Assembly: GCF_963921235.1 (NCBI RefSeq)
Contig: NC_086105.1
Location: 113,894,001 to 113,958,000, forward strand
DNA: 64,000 bases
Reading direction: 5' to 3'
Source of the DNA: Mobula hypostoma
Taxonomy: Eukaryota
Shown piece by piece: positions 37,173 to 52,029 of the stretch (position 1 is the stretch's first letter; each line of letters starts with the position of its first letter). A model generated the notes under the pieces. The model searched no databases and was not told the DNA's origin. It saw nothing but the letters and a program-made list of their open reading frames with translations. The position numbers and the translations under genes are program-made.

Positions 37173-37845
37173 CACCTCTTCCTATAGGTGCTGCCTGGCC
37201 TGCTGTGTTCACCAGCATTTTTTGTGTGTGTTGCATGGCATATTTATTGATGAATCCACATGTTAAAGAGTATGGAATTGCTTCTGTGAAGATGGTCTAA
37301 ATTTTGAATATTAAGGCAGGGATGGATTTTACATTAGTGAGCAATCAGTGAAAACTTGAGTACCACCAAGTAATTTAGCAGGCACTGAGGGTACAGCAGG
37401 AATAACATTGAACATAAGTGCTTTCAGCCCAAGACATTGTGCTGACCTTTTAACCCAAAAGATCAATCTAATGCTTCCCACCTCCATTGCCCTCCATTTT
37501 AACATCTTTCCCCTCATCTGACATGATGCAGAGGAATGGCAGGTTGCATTCCTTTTTGTAATAATCACAATCAAGTCAGATAATTCATGTAGTTCTTTGG
37601 CCTCTCTGTTTTGAAGTGCATTTTCTGTATGTATCATGGATTTCACCTGATTTTTAAGGGATAATTTCATTGAGTACAGGCTGAGGATCACGCAATTCCA
37701 AATTGGATACTATACTGCCATCACTGGCATAATAATGTTACATGGCAGATGTTAGCGCATAGGATTTTTGTCAAGTAAATGGAAGTTTAAAATGTTATTT
37801 TATGAACAGGAAGTTTTGGAAAACAAACATTAAAGGCTGTGTTTA

Positions 37846-38166
<321 letters not shown>

Positions 38167-38319
38167 TCAACATTTTCACATGTTAGAGAACATTCATGTT
38201 ATAGCCATGGAAATAATTTCTCTTGTTGTTCTACAATGCAAAATATTCATCCATTTACTTTTTTTCCTTACTTTCATTTTAGAAAGGAACACTTTAATCT
38301 TCTCAGAATCAGTTAGTAC

Positions 38320-39495
38320 TTATAGGAGCACACTAGAGTCAATGATGCTATCATCTACTGGCTGAACAGAGCTTACTCCCATTTGGATAAGCAGGGCAGC
38401 ACTGTCAGAATCACGTTTTTTGATTTCTTAAGTGTCATCAATACTATACAGCCAATATTGCTGGAGGAAAAGCTCTGTTCAATGCCGGCTGGCACTTCCA
38501 TTGTATCCTGGATAATGGACTACCTGACAGTTAGACAACAGTTTGCACAGCTTCAGAGCAATGTATCAGGCATGGTTATTAGCAGCTCTGGGGCCCCACA
38601 GGGGACCATATTCGCTCCCTTCCTGTTTACCCTGTATACCTCGGACTTTAGATACAACCTGAGTCATGTCATCTGCAGAAATTCTCTTGATGACTCAGCA
38701 ATAGCTGGGTGTATAAAAAAAAAGATGAGAGAATGAATACAGGGCCCCGGTGGAGGACTTTGACAAATGGTGCAAGATGAATCATCTGCAGCTCAACATT
38801 AGTAAGACAAAGGATCTGGTGATGGACTTCAGGAAGACCAAACCTGTTACTACTGATGGTGAGGATGTGAATGTGGTGAGGACCTACAAGTTCCTGGGGG
38901 TGCACCTGGATGACAGACTTGAGTGGAGCACCAACCAAGGCTGTGTACAAGAAGGGCCAGAGTCACCTCTAGTTCCAGAGGAGTATGCAGGTCTCTCCTT
39001 CATATGTTCTACCAGTCTGTTTTCACCAGTACAATCTTCTATGTGGTGGTGTGCTGCAGCAATGGCATCAATATGACTTAATAAACTGATTAGAAAGGCT
39101 GGCTCTGTTAAAGGAGTCAAACCAGACACACTGGAGGCTGTGGTAGAACAAAGGACCCTATGGAAAATCCTGGCAATTCTGGACAATTGTTTCTCACCCT
39201 CTGCATGTCCACTTTGGCCGAAAAGAGGAGCACTCTTAGTAAAAGACTGCGCTACGCTGCTCCAAAGAGCACTATATGAGGTCATTCTTACCCTCGGGCA
39301 ATAGGCTTTATAATGAGTCAACCTATAGCCGGGGAAGTGATGACCCCCCCCCCCGCCCCTCCTGTTAGACTGTTTGAGGTAACTTTTTTTTATTCTTTCG
39401 TACTTCTCTTCTAATATTTGTATATCTGTGCACCTGTAATGCTACTATGACACTGTAATTTCATTTGGAATCAATAAGGTACCTAGCTATCTTAT
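38320..39495 (+). mobile_element. Rex-Babar LINE remnant
   Basis: VRITFFDFLSVINTIQP, GAPQGTIFAPFLFTLYTSD, LQLNISKTKDLVMDFRK; tail ggaatcaataaggta. Confidence 0.88.
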
Positions 39496-39899
39496 ATAAC
39501 ATGAAATTTCTTCTGCATTTACACATTTTTAATATAAAATCATCAGCATCGAAATAGGCAGAATGACCAACAGTTCAATTACTTTTTTTGATCCTTCATA
39601 GGCTCTGTATTATTAAGATAGCTTTTCCAATATTTCTTCCTGAATAAACTGGAATTTATTCCAATTAAATAGTGGATTAATTTGAAATAATCACATCTGA
39701 ATCTCAATATGTCCAGTATACTATTTGTTAAGTTATTTGAGAGGCAGACATTTAGACCATAGATTTTGTTACAACACTGATCGCTGGGGAGAGTGGGTGG
39801 AGTGTAACTGGCTATTTCCCAACATGGAATCAAATTGCAGTTCCTGAGCAGTAGAACCATCTAGTACATGGAATCTGAATGGGGTGCCACAATTGTGAT

Positions 39900-40135
39900 G
39901 CTACTTCAGCCAAGGAGATTCTGGAATTTGGAGTTCTACCCCATGAACCACGTGAGCTTCCTCCGGGTGCTCCGGTTTCTTCCCACAGTCCAAAGGCATT
40001 CCAGTTAGTATGTTAATTGGTCATTGTAAATTGTTCTGTGATTAATCTACTGTTAAATAGGGTGAGTTGCTGGATGGTGCGGCTTGTTGGACCAAAAAGG
40101 CCTCTTCCGCGCTGCATCTCTGAATAAATAAAACA
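39900..40135 (+). mobile_element. V-SINE-like element
   Basis: V-domain-like ttcctccgggtgctccggtttcttcccacagtccaaag; tail aataaataaa. Confidence 0.75.
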
Positions 40136-40273
40136 TAATGAAACAGAAGGGAACAGAAATTTTAAAAAATGAGAAAAGAATAAAATATAAAGTGTACAAT
40201 GGACATTTAAACCTAACGTCTAATAAATTAAAGAGTTTAAGTGTGTGAAATCATGCTCTTGGTCATGCAATCA

Positions 40274-40519
<246 letters not shown>

Positions 40520-41820
40520 TTAAAATATAGTTTATATAATGATCACTTTATATAACACAGGTATGTTTCCATAAGAGATTCTATCTGGATGAATGTGCAC
40601 CCAGAGTTTATCTTTTTGATAGCTGTAATGAGAAGAAAGTCTCTGAGCTTTGACATTTGTGTCTTTTCACAGAGTACAGTTACTTTATGCATTGAATTTG
40701 TGCAAATTTCTTGTAAATGTTTGAATGATGAGCATTGCTTTTCAAAACACCATGGCAACTCTAATTACTACGATTTAAAACCAGGTGACTGCATTAGGAG
40801 AAATAATCTTTAAAATACAACTTGATACTTCATAATATTGACAATGATAACTTGAACAGAACTACAAATTTTGATAATTATTCCGAAGCATATTTTGTAT
40901 TTATCTATATGGCTCCTTGAGAAATGTAAGCATCTCAAAATAGGCACATGGAGGGCCAGTTTTGGTACTCAAATCATTGTATTGAACAAGACTCTGCATG
41001 CACAAGAGATTTTAGGAAATTTACCCTCTTGCTGGAGTATACCAAAACACTATTAAAAATTAATTTCTTACAATTGATCTCTGAGGAATGCAATGGTAGA
41101 AAGAATCACAAACCTGAATGTAAAAAATGAGTCAGCTCATTTGGCATTTACTAGCAATTTTGCAAAAAAACATGGTTGATTCACTACAAAGTTCATTACC
41201 CTCACTGATTCAACATGCTTAAGCCACAACACACTGAAACAACATTCTTCTTTAGGCATTAAGATCACAGAATGGTATTATATAATTGGAAAATGTACGA
41301 AATCTAATGAACATCTTTTGTAAATCTTGATTGAGATATTGTGATTTTCCTTTACAAACCATGTATTATTTATTATTAACCATGAAAGTTTCTACAAATC
41401 AATTGCATTGGAGCTTGGTTCACCTCCATTAAATGTTAATAATATAGATAACTGTGGTTATTAGTGAAGTGAATAGCCTTGCACTAGAAATGTAACACTT
41501 ATCTTTGATGTTATAAGCTTTTTAAGTACATTTTTGAGAGCAGAATGGCTCAGAGAATTTCAAATTAAACTATCTAAGATTTAATCAAGTAAGATTGAAA
41601 ATCCACTATTGCAACTAACTCAATGATCAAAGTACAGAAGAATAATAACAATCAGAGCATTGAAATTTAAGGAAATCTGCTAGATGCAATTATGGAAGCA
41701 GAGTGTGACAGTAATAAAAATGTTTGAAGATACATAGAAGGGTGAAGATGAACCATGAGGCAAGTTTACAACAGGGGAGCAGTGAGGGCAGTGCAGCAGA
41801 AAGAGAGAAAACAAGTGTTA

Positions 41821-41922
41821 ACACGAGGAAATCTGCAGATGCAGGAATCCTGACGAACAGTCTCAGCCCGAAACGTTGACTGTAACTCTTCCTAGAGATG
41901 CTGCCTGGCCTGCTGCGTTCAC
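41821..41922. mobile_element. 102-bp Penelope-derived micro-element containing a hammerhead motif
   Basis: Inverted tail acacgaggaaatctgcagatgc fused to ctgacga...gaaacgtt-gactg (41850-41882); 12-bp TSD AAACAAGTGTTA (41809-41820) and AAACAAATGTTA (41923-41934). Confidence 0.82.
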
Positions 41923-43119
41923 AAACAAATGTTAGACATTTTCAAAGGAAAAAGAAAGAAAATGTGCCAACAGGAGTTACCAAAATAGCACCAACCACCA
42001 GTCAAAGTGGAAACCTAATGATAAGATAAGATAAAATAGAGGAACAGGTCAGGAGCAAGGTGAGTTAAATGATGATGATGAATATGATGGAACCTGGTGT
42101 GAACTGGGCTGGACAAATCAGGGTCAAAGCAGGTCACCATGATAGGAGAACAATGTCATTAATTTAATAGACCATAAAAAACTACCCTGTCTGGACTAAA
42201 TAGATTTACTAAGTTAATTAGTACACAATCAGCTTGCTTACCAGTGAGAATGTGCTCCTAAGAACAAATGTACTCTTGGAATCAGCACTGAAATAGATCA
42301 TTATAGCATACAGGTGCATTGCTGACAGCAACACTGTGCTAAAATATGTTCAAACATTTTAAAATAGAATGAAATATATATGCAGATATCCTAATTTTTC
42401 ACAAGGTCAGACATGTCTTGATTCAGTAGACACAATAACTGAGAAGAAAGTAAAATCTGTCATAGTAAATAAAAGTTTACAAATACAATATGCAAAGCAG
42501 TGGGTACATTATGGAAAACGATCGTTCACTTTATATATAGCTCTTCTGGTGTTAACGAGCAATTATTTACCTACTTCTTCACACCAATTCCTGTGGGATA
42601 GCTTTTGTACGCTCTATGTCATCTACGTTTGGTGGCAACTGAGGTGGAGCATTTGTATCACCTCCTGATTGTGATTCATTGTTTCTTTCCATAATTAGAA
42701 TTCTGGCATAATACAGATCACCTATTCTTGTTCAATAAGGAATGTAGAAGAAACTTCCCATTACATTTGAGGACAATTGCTGATAATGAGATGTGCAATA
42801 CGGGAACCTAACTTGGGTCTCCTGTTACAAAACTGAAGCTACAATTCCCAAGGATGCAAAAATAATCTAAAAGTAATCAACTCACTAAGAAGTTAAATCT
42901 AAAGCTCGAGTAGAATCAAATGGTTTAAGGTAGAAGATGATTTCCCCCGACAACGTAACTGTAAAAAAATAATCTGTTGAACAAATTTAGAGTTAAAAAT
43001 TAAAGATTAGCATTTTTATTTTTCAGATGTACATTGAAACTTCAATACAGTGAAATGTGTAATTTTGTGACAAATTGACTCAGTAAGAATTGTGCTAGGC
43101 AGCCCGTTAAGTATCATCA

Positions 43120-43300
43120 TGATTCTGCATGCCCTCTACTTACTAACCTAACCCAAATGTCTTTGGGATGTGGGAGGAAAGCAGTGACACGGTGAAAACC
43201 ATGCAGTCATGGGGAGAATTGGCAGTTGAAGGAATTAAACCCAATCGGTGATTGTCTGCACTGTAATGTGATTCTCTAACCACTACACTACCACACCTAT
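43120..43300 (-). mobile_element. V-SINE-like fragment
   Basis: gtctttgggatgtgggaggaaa...ctaaccactacactaccac, the reverse complement of the tRNA head and V-domain. Confidence 0.6.
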
Positions 43301-43607
43301 TTTGTGAAAATTACCTATTTTACCTAGTTCCCATTTTACGAATGCTCTAAATTATAAAATTCAGTATTTGAGTGGTGGAGATATGGGCAAGTTTATGGAT
43401 TTAACAGTGCTGGTTTTTGTCAATGCCTGAAATACAATTCTCTCTAACCACATTGGAACTCCAAACCAGGAATGCAAGAGTCTAGCTTTCAGGACATTAA
43501 TTCTTCCAAAACGCCATAAAAATATTGAACCCTGTAATTTAAGATCAGACTTGTTCTCCAACTGGCTCCTTTTCAATTGAAGACAAACTAAACATTGAAT
43601 TTATTTA

Positions 43608-44359
43608 GAAACGAGAGAAAAATCTGCAGATGCTGGAAATCCAAGACACACACATAAAATGCTGGAGGAAGTCAGCAGGCCAGGCCACATCTATGAAAAG
43701 GAGTACAGACAATGTTTCGGACCGAGTCCCTTTGGCAGGACTGGAGAAGTAAAACTCCAGTCAGAATGGGGCTCCATCTGCCAGAAAAAAAGGGATCTTC
43801 CAGTTGCCACTTATGCTGCATCCGCTAGAAAAAGCGGGATTTCCCGGAGGCCACCCATTTTATTTCCAGGTCCCATTCCCATACATCCAGCCATGGCCTC
43901 CTCTACTGCTATGATGAGGTCACACACAGGTTGGAGGAACAACACCTTATATTCCGTCTGGGTAGCCTCCAACCTGATGGCATGAACATCAATCTCTTGA
44001 ACTTCCAGTAATGCCCCACCCTCCCCTCCCCTTTACCATTTCCCATCCCCTTTTCCCTCTCTCACCATATTTCATTGTCTGCCCATTGCCTCCCACTGGT
44101 GCTTCTCCCCACTTTTCTTTCTTGCATTGCTTTCTGTCTCTTTCACCAGTCAACTTCCCAGCTCTTTACTTCATTCCTCCCACTTCAAGTTTCACCTATC
44201 ACCTTGTTTCTCTCTCCCCTCCTCTCACCTTTTAACTCTATTCCTCAGCATTTTTTCCTCCAGTCCTGCCAAAGGCTCTCGGCATGAAATTTCGACTGTA
44301 CTTTTTTCTATAGACGCTGCCTGGCTTGCTGAGTTCCTCCAGCATTTTGTGTGTGTTGC
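43608..44359. mobile_element. Truncated Penelope-like element with inverted pLTRs
   Basis: Perfect 13-bp TSD TTGAATTTATTTA at 43595-43607 and 44360-44372; hammerhead relics at 43706-43743 (-) and 44261-44298 (+), both with CTGCCAA core. Confidence 0.9.
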
Positions 44360-47000
44360 TTGAATTTATTTAATCGGGGTTGTGGGGGTAAAGAGAGAAC
44401 ACAGGATCCAGAATATGATCTTCTGTATATAGTTCCAATAGAGTTAATCAGTTAACTTGTGTTTGAAGTTTTCATTTAATCCGCAGCTAAAATATACTTC
44501 TGTTAAATATTATTCCGGCATATCTCCTAAAAAAAAAATCCTGGCATCATGCCTGAAAAGTTGTGTCTAAATTTAAGATTATATTTCCTTGCTCCAGATT
44601 TGCATCATCAAAGGAAATACCAATTTTTATCTATCAAATCATTAATTGTCATAACTAGTTCATTTAGGTCTCCCCTTAAAAGTTCTAATCTCAAGAATAC
44701 AATTAGAGATGTGGTGACTGTATGTACTGACAGCAATAACAAAAATAAATTAAGTTACTTGAGGGGTTTTCATTCATTCAAAATATTGGAACCTATGACA
44801 CAAAAAACATATAATCCCATCCTCCTGTGGCTAGCAGCTTTACAAACTGATGATTATTAGTCGATATACATTCTAAAAATACAATAACTAACAACTGTGG
44901 CAACTCGTACAGTAAGCAGAGATCCAGGTCAAAGTTTGACAGAAATACTAAACTGTCTATTGATTTTTTTTCCCTTTGGTATCCACCCCCTATTTAGTAT
45001 CTATTTACAGACTTGGACCTCTTTCTGAAAATCTGCAGACACAGACTCCTAAGCCATCATTCTTTAGTGATAAAGTTCTGAAGATTGCCCCCAAGCATGT
45101 CAAAAACATTGGAGAAAATTGACCCATCATTGCAAGAAAAAATATGATACAAAATGAGGCACAAAATTATTGCAATAAACAGGTATCAATTTCCTGCTAA
45201 TAATGAAGGTGCCAAGAAGTACGTTCCAGATGAAACCAACATCATCACTGTCTCATAGAAATTTGATCAGACAAAATGTTTGAACAACTTTTCAAAAAAT
45301 AAATTTCTGGTAAGCTAGAAGAAAACAACAAAACAAAGTCTTTTTATCAAAAAGGAGAATTTCAATGGGATATTACTTATGATGGGGATAAGTTCATCAA
45401 AATGGAAAAGGGAAACAAGTAATTTGTAAAGAACAAAATTGGTTTATCAGATTTAAAATTGCATTTCTTTCTGCAATCTAAACATTGACCCATTGATCAT
45501 TTTATTCTGTCACGCTACTCAAGTCAAGAAGGAAACTGAAAAATTAGAAGAGTCAGTACTAGCTTTAAAAGCACATCTTTAGTAACTATACATATAATTA
45601 TGGCAGGGCAAAATATACATAGCCATGAATCCTTTGTTCTTATTAAATGTTGAGCTCTTATTTGAATTTTCTGCTGCAAGAAACGCAAAATTACAATCCT
45701 CAAAAATTTTTTAAGTACAAAGGGCCATGAATGTGATCATCTACTGCTAGCACTCTTGCCTAGGAACAGCAAAACAATAGCGTATGTACTACAGCTATGC
45801 ACTAATGTTCTACTTCCAGGCATAAGGTAACTGAAATCATATTCCACTAACAATCTCCTTTGATTTTTCTTTTATTTCCAGATAAGTACGGGGGCAACAA
45901 CAGTGAACTAGAACCAAACTGGAGATCAGCAACAATTTTACATCCAAATTAATGAAACTGGAATCTATTTATATGTTGTTTGAATCAATACATCTTGGGC
46001 CAACTAAAGAATCAAGGCAGCAAGAAAGAAGCTACAAAAAAAGCTGGAATGCACCAAAAAGAATACAAGTTGAATAAAAATCTACATTTCAGTACTAATG
46101 TCATTCTTACCAGGCACGGGTTAGAAAACAAAAGATGCGTAACAATTAACACGTACATCACTAAGTATGACACCTCCAACAATCAACGGTCTCAATATTA
46201 TGTTAAAATGTTAAACTAATCACGATTCTCTCGAAGTTTGGCTGAAATACAGTTATTTCTGCTTCAACTGGAAGAGATGCCAATCAAAAAGAACCAAAGC
46301 CTTGCTTTCAAATGAGAATGGGCATATACATAACTGTACAACATCTTATCTAGCCAAACTGCTCTTTCACACTTTCAATGAGATGGATAAAAAAACAATC
46401 ACATCCTTCACAGTGGTGTTCAGTGAGAAAATCAATACAGTAATAATTACAGTAGGAACAAGGGAAAACACTTACTCAGCTCTGCACACAGCCAGAGGAC
46501 AGCACAAGGGAAAAAGAAGGCAAAAATTGTCAGCACCACTGCACCATGTTTTGTCCTTTTACGAGAGCATTTGGGATTATTGGACATACCACAATGCATT
46601 TGGGATTATCTATCCCTCAGCAGCTGAGAATTTTGGAACAGAGTATTCCAAATAATAAAGCATTGATATTTACTCTGCCACAAAACAGGTTATGTGCATT
46701 GGAGTAGTTGCAGTACTTTCTACAGGGTTCCTGTACAGTCAAGTCTATCTTTATACCAAAGCATTCCTCAGCCCAATCTTGCTCCTATCACAATTTGCAT
46801 TGTAAAAAGATATAGGTATGCACATGGCCTCTCCATGTTACCGTAGTTTCTCTTGGGTGCACATAATTAAACATTTGAAAAGACTATTCAAAATAGTCAG
46901 CCCCAGCACTAATCAATGTTTTTTTACATATAAAATCAGAATTGTTCAAGACATACTGTGAACTTATCCAAAAGTATTTCACAATTTAAAAGAAGCATTA

Positions 47001-47270
<270 letters not shown>

Positions 47271-48608
47271 TTAACTGCAATTAAATATGCACACCAATTA
47301 ACTGAACAGAGCACAACAACTCAAGATCACATCCCACTCAATTAACAAATTATTTTTGTTTTATGGGTAGGTAATCACAAGACAATTTAAATTCCTAGTC
47401 AAGAAATTTAACAGATCAAACAGCATAAAAATAGGCCTATCAATGTCATGTCATTGCAAGTCCATATCCAATGAATCCCATTCCCTGTTCTTTGTCCACA
47501 GCCCTACAATCATTTCCTTTTTTAGGTATATAGTTAATTTCTAAACATGCATCACATGGTAGGGCACATATTAAGAACAATTTATTAAAAGAATTTCCTG
47601 TAATGCATTGTCATATCCTTTCGACATTTGAAGTAGAATATGCACCCATTGTATAGACTACTTCTGAACTGCAGCTTTTCATTAAGCTCACATACTCATT
47701 TCGAACACATATCCTGCCTTGCTGTTTTTATACATACATAGTTGTCTGATCACAAGGCAATGCCAAAAATCTTAGATGTTCTATTACTTCGCCTGATGAT
47801 TGGAAATTTTTGAGATCTGTTACCTTTATGCATATAATTTTAGTTTATCCTTTTAAAAATATTTCAACCATTTTATTCAGAAATAATCTTAGTTTTATAT
47901 ACGCTGAATAACTTGGTCACATTCTAAAATGCAAGCAGTTTGCCACAAGGCACATTTTGTATGTCTTAGAAAGGGCAAATAGACACCAAAAAAATTTTTA
48001 ATCCATCATTGAGAATTCAGCTAAAAACTATCAAAGAAACACAATTTCTGAGAATCTCACATTTTTTACTCAGTCTATGATTGCTAAGAAATATTTTAAG
48101 TATTAAATCAAAACAGTATTTTAAGAACTTTTTAATTTAGTTTTGCATTCCTATGCTCCATTCTTGCAGGCTCCAAGACAAAAGTAAAATTCCTGATGAG
48201 AGGAATTTGGCAGCAGGTAACACTAGCCCTTCATCTCTGTGATCAGCACACTGTAATATCTAGATAGGTAGAATGATGTCTTTTTGCTAAAAGCTCCAAG
48301 GGCTCAATTCAGAAAGAGCTTTGAATTTTCCGAGTTTAGTATGAAACTTAGCAAACTTTCTTTATTCATTGAAAATTATTTTTATATATATGGTAGCAAT
48401 AGCTCACATCTTTTTCAACAACTGCCTCACAATTCAAGCAGTCATGATCTCTGTCCTACTTTTGATCCCCAGTGCTGCATTTTAATTACCGTAATTCAAA
48501 GATAATTTAGCAGCTAATTAGACAATTCCAAAGTCTGGCTAATCTGATAGAATCTTTAAACATCACTCATAGGATAATCAAGTAGTATTAAGAAATGATT
48601 TCCCCTCA

Positions 48609-48854
<246 letters not shown>

Positions 48855-48899
48855 TTATGGTCAGACTGAAACAAAACATTGTATTTTCAATTACAAGAC

Positions 48900-50100
48900 A
48901 TGAGAGAAAGCAGATACTGTTGAACAGAATGCTGTCGTCACCACCATGCACATTTTCAGGGATCGTGATTTCCATGACTCCACTCATCTTCACTCGCCCC
49001 ATCACTAAACTGTTCCCATAACCTATGGACTCACTTTCAAGGACTCAACAACTCAGTTCCTCGATATGTATTGCTTATTTATTTATTTTTTTTCTATCAG
49101 TTTGTATTTGCACATTGGTGGTCTCTGTCCTATTTGGGTCAGTCTTTCATTGATTCCATTGTGTTTCTTTGTAGGATTTACTGTGATTGCCTACAAGAAA
49201 ATGAATCTCATGGTTGTATGTGGTGACATATATATACTTTGAACTTTTAAACTTTGACGGAGTTATCCCCTCTGGTTCAAGAGCCTGATGGTTGACAGGT
49301 AATAACTGTTCCTGAAACTGGTGTGAGTCCTGAGGACCCTGTACCTTCTTCCAGATGGCAGCAGTGAGAAGACAGCAAGACCTGGATGGTGGTTTGGGGG
49401 GGGGGGGGGGGGTGCTTGATGAAGGATGCTGCTTTCTTGTGATAGCAGTTCATGTGGATGTACTCAGTGGTGGGGAGGGGTTTATGTGTGATGGACTGGG
49501 CTGCACCCTCTCCTTTTTGTAGGCTTTTCCTTTCAAGGACATTGGTGTTTCCATACCAGCTGTGATGCAACCAATCAATATACTATCCACCGCATTGGAA
49601 GTTTGTCAAAGTTTTAGATGACATGCTGAATCTTTGTAAACTTCTAAGAAAGTAGAAGTGTTGCTGTGTTTTCTTTGTAATGGCACTTACATGCTGGAGC
49701 CAGGACAGGTCCCCTGAAACGACGACACTGCTGAATTTAAAATTGCTGACCCTCTCCACCTCTGATCCCCTGGTGAGGACTGGATCATGGACTCCTCCTG
49801 AAGTCAATGAACAGCTCTTTGGTCTTACTGACATGGAGTAAGAGGCTGTTCTTTTGGCACCCTTCAGCCAGATTCTCAACCTCCCTCCTATATGCTAATT
49901 CATCATCACTTTTCATTTGGCCAATGACAATGGTGTTGACAGCAAACTTAAATATTGTATTGGAGCTGTGTTTAGCCTCACAGCCATATGGGTAAAGCAA
50001 GTTCAGCAGGGGACTGAGAACATAGCATTTTGAAGCACCTGTTCTCATGGTGATTGTGGAGATGCTGCTACCAATCCAAAATAGAGGATCCAGTTGCAAG
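48900..50100. mobile_element. Rex-Babar LINE fragments (+ tail ~48900-49258; - RT ~49260-50100)
   Basis: TGASKCYVLSPLL, VSKTKELFIDFRR, QHFYFLRSLQRF; tail (actttga)n at ~49236-49258. Confidence 0.8.
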
Positions 50101-50102
50101 AC

Positions 50103-50933
50103 GACATATTGATGTCAGCTTGGCCCTCCCCATTAGCACTTATCCCTGCAAACATGCTAAATGTTATACTGCCCCTACATCTCCTCTTTCAACACTATTC
50201 AGGGCCCTAATAAGTCCTTCCAGATCAGGCAGTACTTGACATGCAAATGTAACAGTGTAATTTATAGTATGTGTTGTCCCTGGTGTGGCCTCCCCTACAC
50301 TGGTGAGATCCAATGTAGATTGGGGAATTGCTTCCTCAAGCACCTTCCCTTTGTCTCCTGTACAGCCAAAATCTTCTGGTGGCCAACTATTTCCACATCC
50401 TCAAACAAACTAATCGGTCCACAGCCTCCTCCACTGCCATGTTGAAGCCAGACACTGACTGGAGGAGCAATGCCTCATATTCTGTCTCTCCAACCTGACA
50501 GCATTAACATCAATTTCTGTAACTACCAGGAATCACTACTCCCCTCTATTCCTTCCCCATCCCATTTCCTCTTGGTCCTGTGGCCCTGTAAACCCTTGTC
50601 TTCCCCTTTCCCCACCCTCATGACTTGCCCATCACCCACATCTTCCTCCCTCTGGTTCCCTACCACCCTCCCTTTATTCCACAGCCTACTGTCCTCTCCT
50701 ATCAGAATCATCCTTCTTCAGCACCTTGCTTCTCCTATCAAATACCTCCAACTTCCCAGTGTTCCCTTCCCCTCCCCCACTCTACTGCCTTCTCCCATCA
50801 TCTGCCAATTTCTGTTCTGCTCCTCCCCATAGCCTTTTATTCTGACCTCTGCCCCCTTCCTTTCCAGTCCTCCATTTCCCTCCATTGATGCTGCCTGACC
50901 TGCTGATTCCTTCCAGAGTTTTGTGTGTGTTGA
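50103..50933 (+). mobile_element. Penelope-like 3' remnant, hammerhead core deleted
   Basis: GIY-YIG relic LTCKCNSVIYSMCCPWCGLPYTGEIQCRLGNCFLKHL; pLTR tail gatgctgcctgacctgctg. Confidence 0.85.
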
Positions 50934-51231
50934 TTCTTTAATTTTATTAGTTTAGTAACACAGTAAAAATAAATCCAGGTCTAACATATTATTCAGAGTA
51001 CAATTAACTGAGATTTAGAGGAAAGTTGGTATTGTGAGTTCATTATTGAATTACATATCCAGAAGCTTGGAAATGATAGTCTGATGGCATAGATAATTAC
51101 ACGACTAGGTCATTTAATCAGTTTACCTAAGTTTTGGAAATGAGAAAACTAGTATCAGTAATAGTAAAATATGATCTGGCTCCATAATTGCTTTTTGGAA
51201 TTTTTTAGAATCACAAGGCAGCAAACTCTTA

Positions 51232-51386
51232 GCAACACACTTAAAAATTGCTGGTGAACGCAGCAGGCCAGGCAGCGTCTCTAGGAAGAGGTACAGTTGA
51301 CGTTTCAGGCCAAGACCCTTCGTCAGGACTAACTGAAAGAAGAGATAGTAAGAGATTTGAAAGTGGAAGGGGGAGGGGGAGATCCG
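51232..51386 (-). mobile_element. 155-bp solo Penelope pLTR fragment
   Basis: 8-bp TSD AACTCTTA at 51224-51231 and 51387-51394; nearly identical to 36826-36980. Confidence 0.88.
51294..51331 (-). ncRNA. Minimal hammerhead ribozyme, core intact, stem I mismatch next to the cleavage site
   Basis: Reverse complement UAGUC-CUGACGA-AGGGUCUUGGCCU-GAAACGUC^AACUG. Confidence 0.72.
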
Positions 51387-52029
51387 AACTCTTAAACGAC
51401 TTCAGAAGTGACCTAAAAAAGCATTCAGTTCAACAGCAATTATGAATGGCCATCAAATGCTTGTCTTTCCAGTAACCCCAACAATCCTCTGAATGAACAG
51501 AACACCATCAAATGTAATGATTCTATACAATAGTGCTGTACCCTTGATATGAGCTATCCGTAATACAATTGAAGTATGACAAAATACGGGAAGAAGCTTA
51601 ACACAGAATTTCTCACTAACACAGCTCTGCATTTCAAAATTATTGCTGACTCCTGAATTTCAGCTGAGGCACTGGCTTGAATGACTTCCAAACCTCCAAC
51701 TTGGAAAGGAAGGATAGGGAGGATGTAATAAAAGGAATTTCCACTGTAGATTACTGTTAGTGAGAACTCTTACTAGAAGATATTTCTGTTGATGCTAGGC
51801 TACAACAGACTCAACAGTCAAAGAGCACTTCTACAACAAGCCCCAAAGCAAGCTTGAGAAACACCACATCAGCTTGCACTTGGGCACACAGTCTCCTTCC
51901 AAGTTCTCGAACTTTAGGTTACTCACTCTTCTTGTCTGTAACAGAAATGACTATTTACATAGTAGCAATTTTCATTCAGTTTTACTTATTCAATTTGTAT
52001 AGTATACCCTGCTGTGCAATTCCCACAAC

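Larger units (their letters stand above)
36790..37234. mobile_element. Fold-back Penelope-derived element in the FOXK1 intron between exons 7 and 8
   Basis: Inverted pLTR pair; possible TSD ATGGCATA at 36776-36783 and 37235-37242. Confidence 0.88.
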
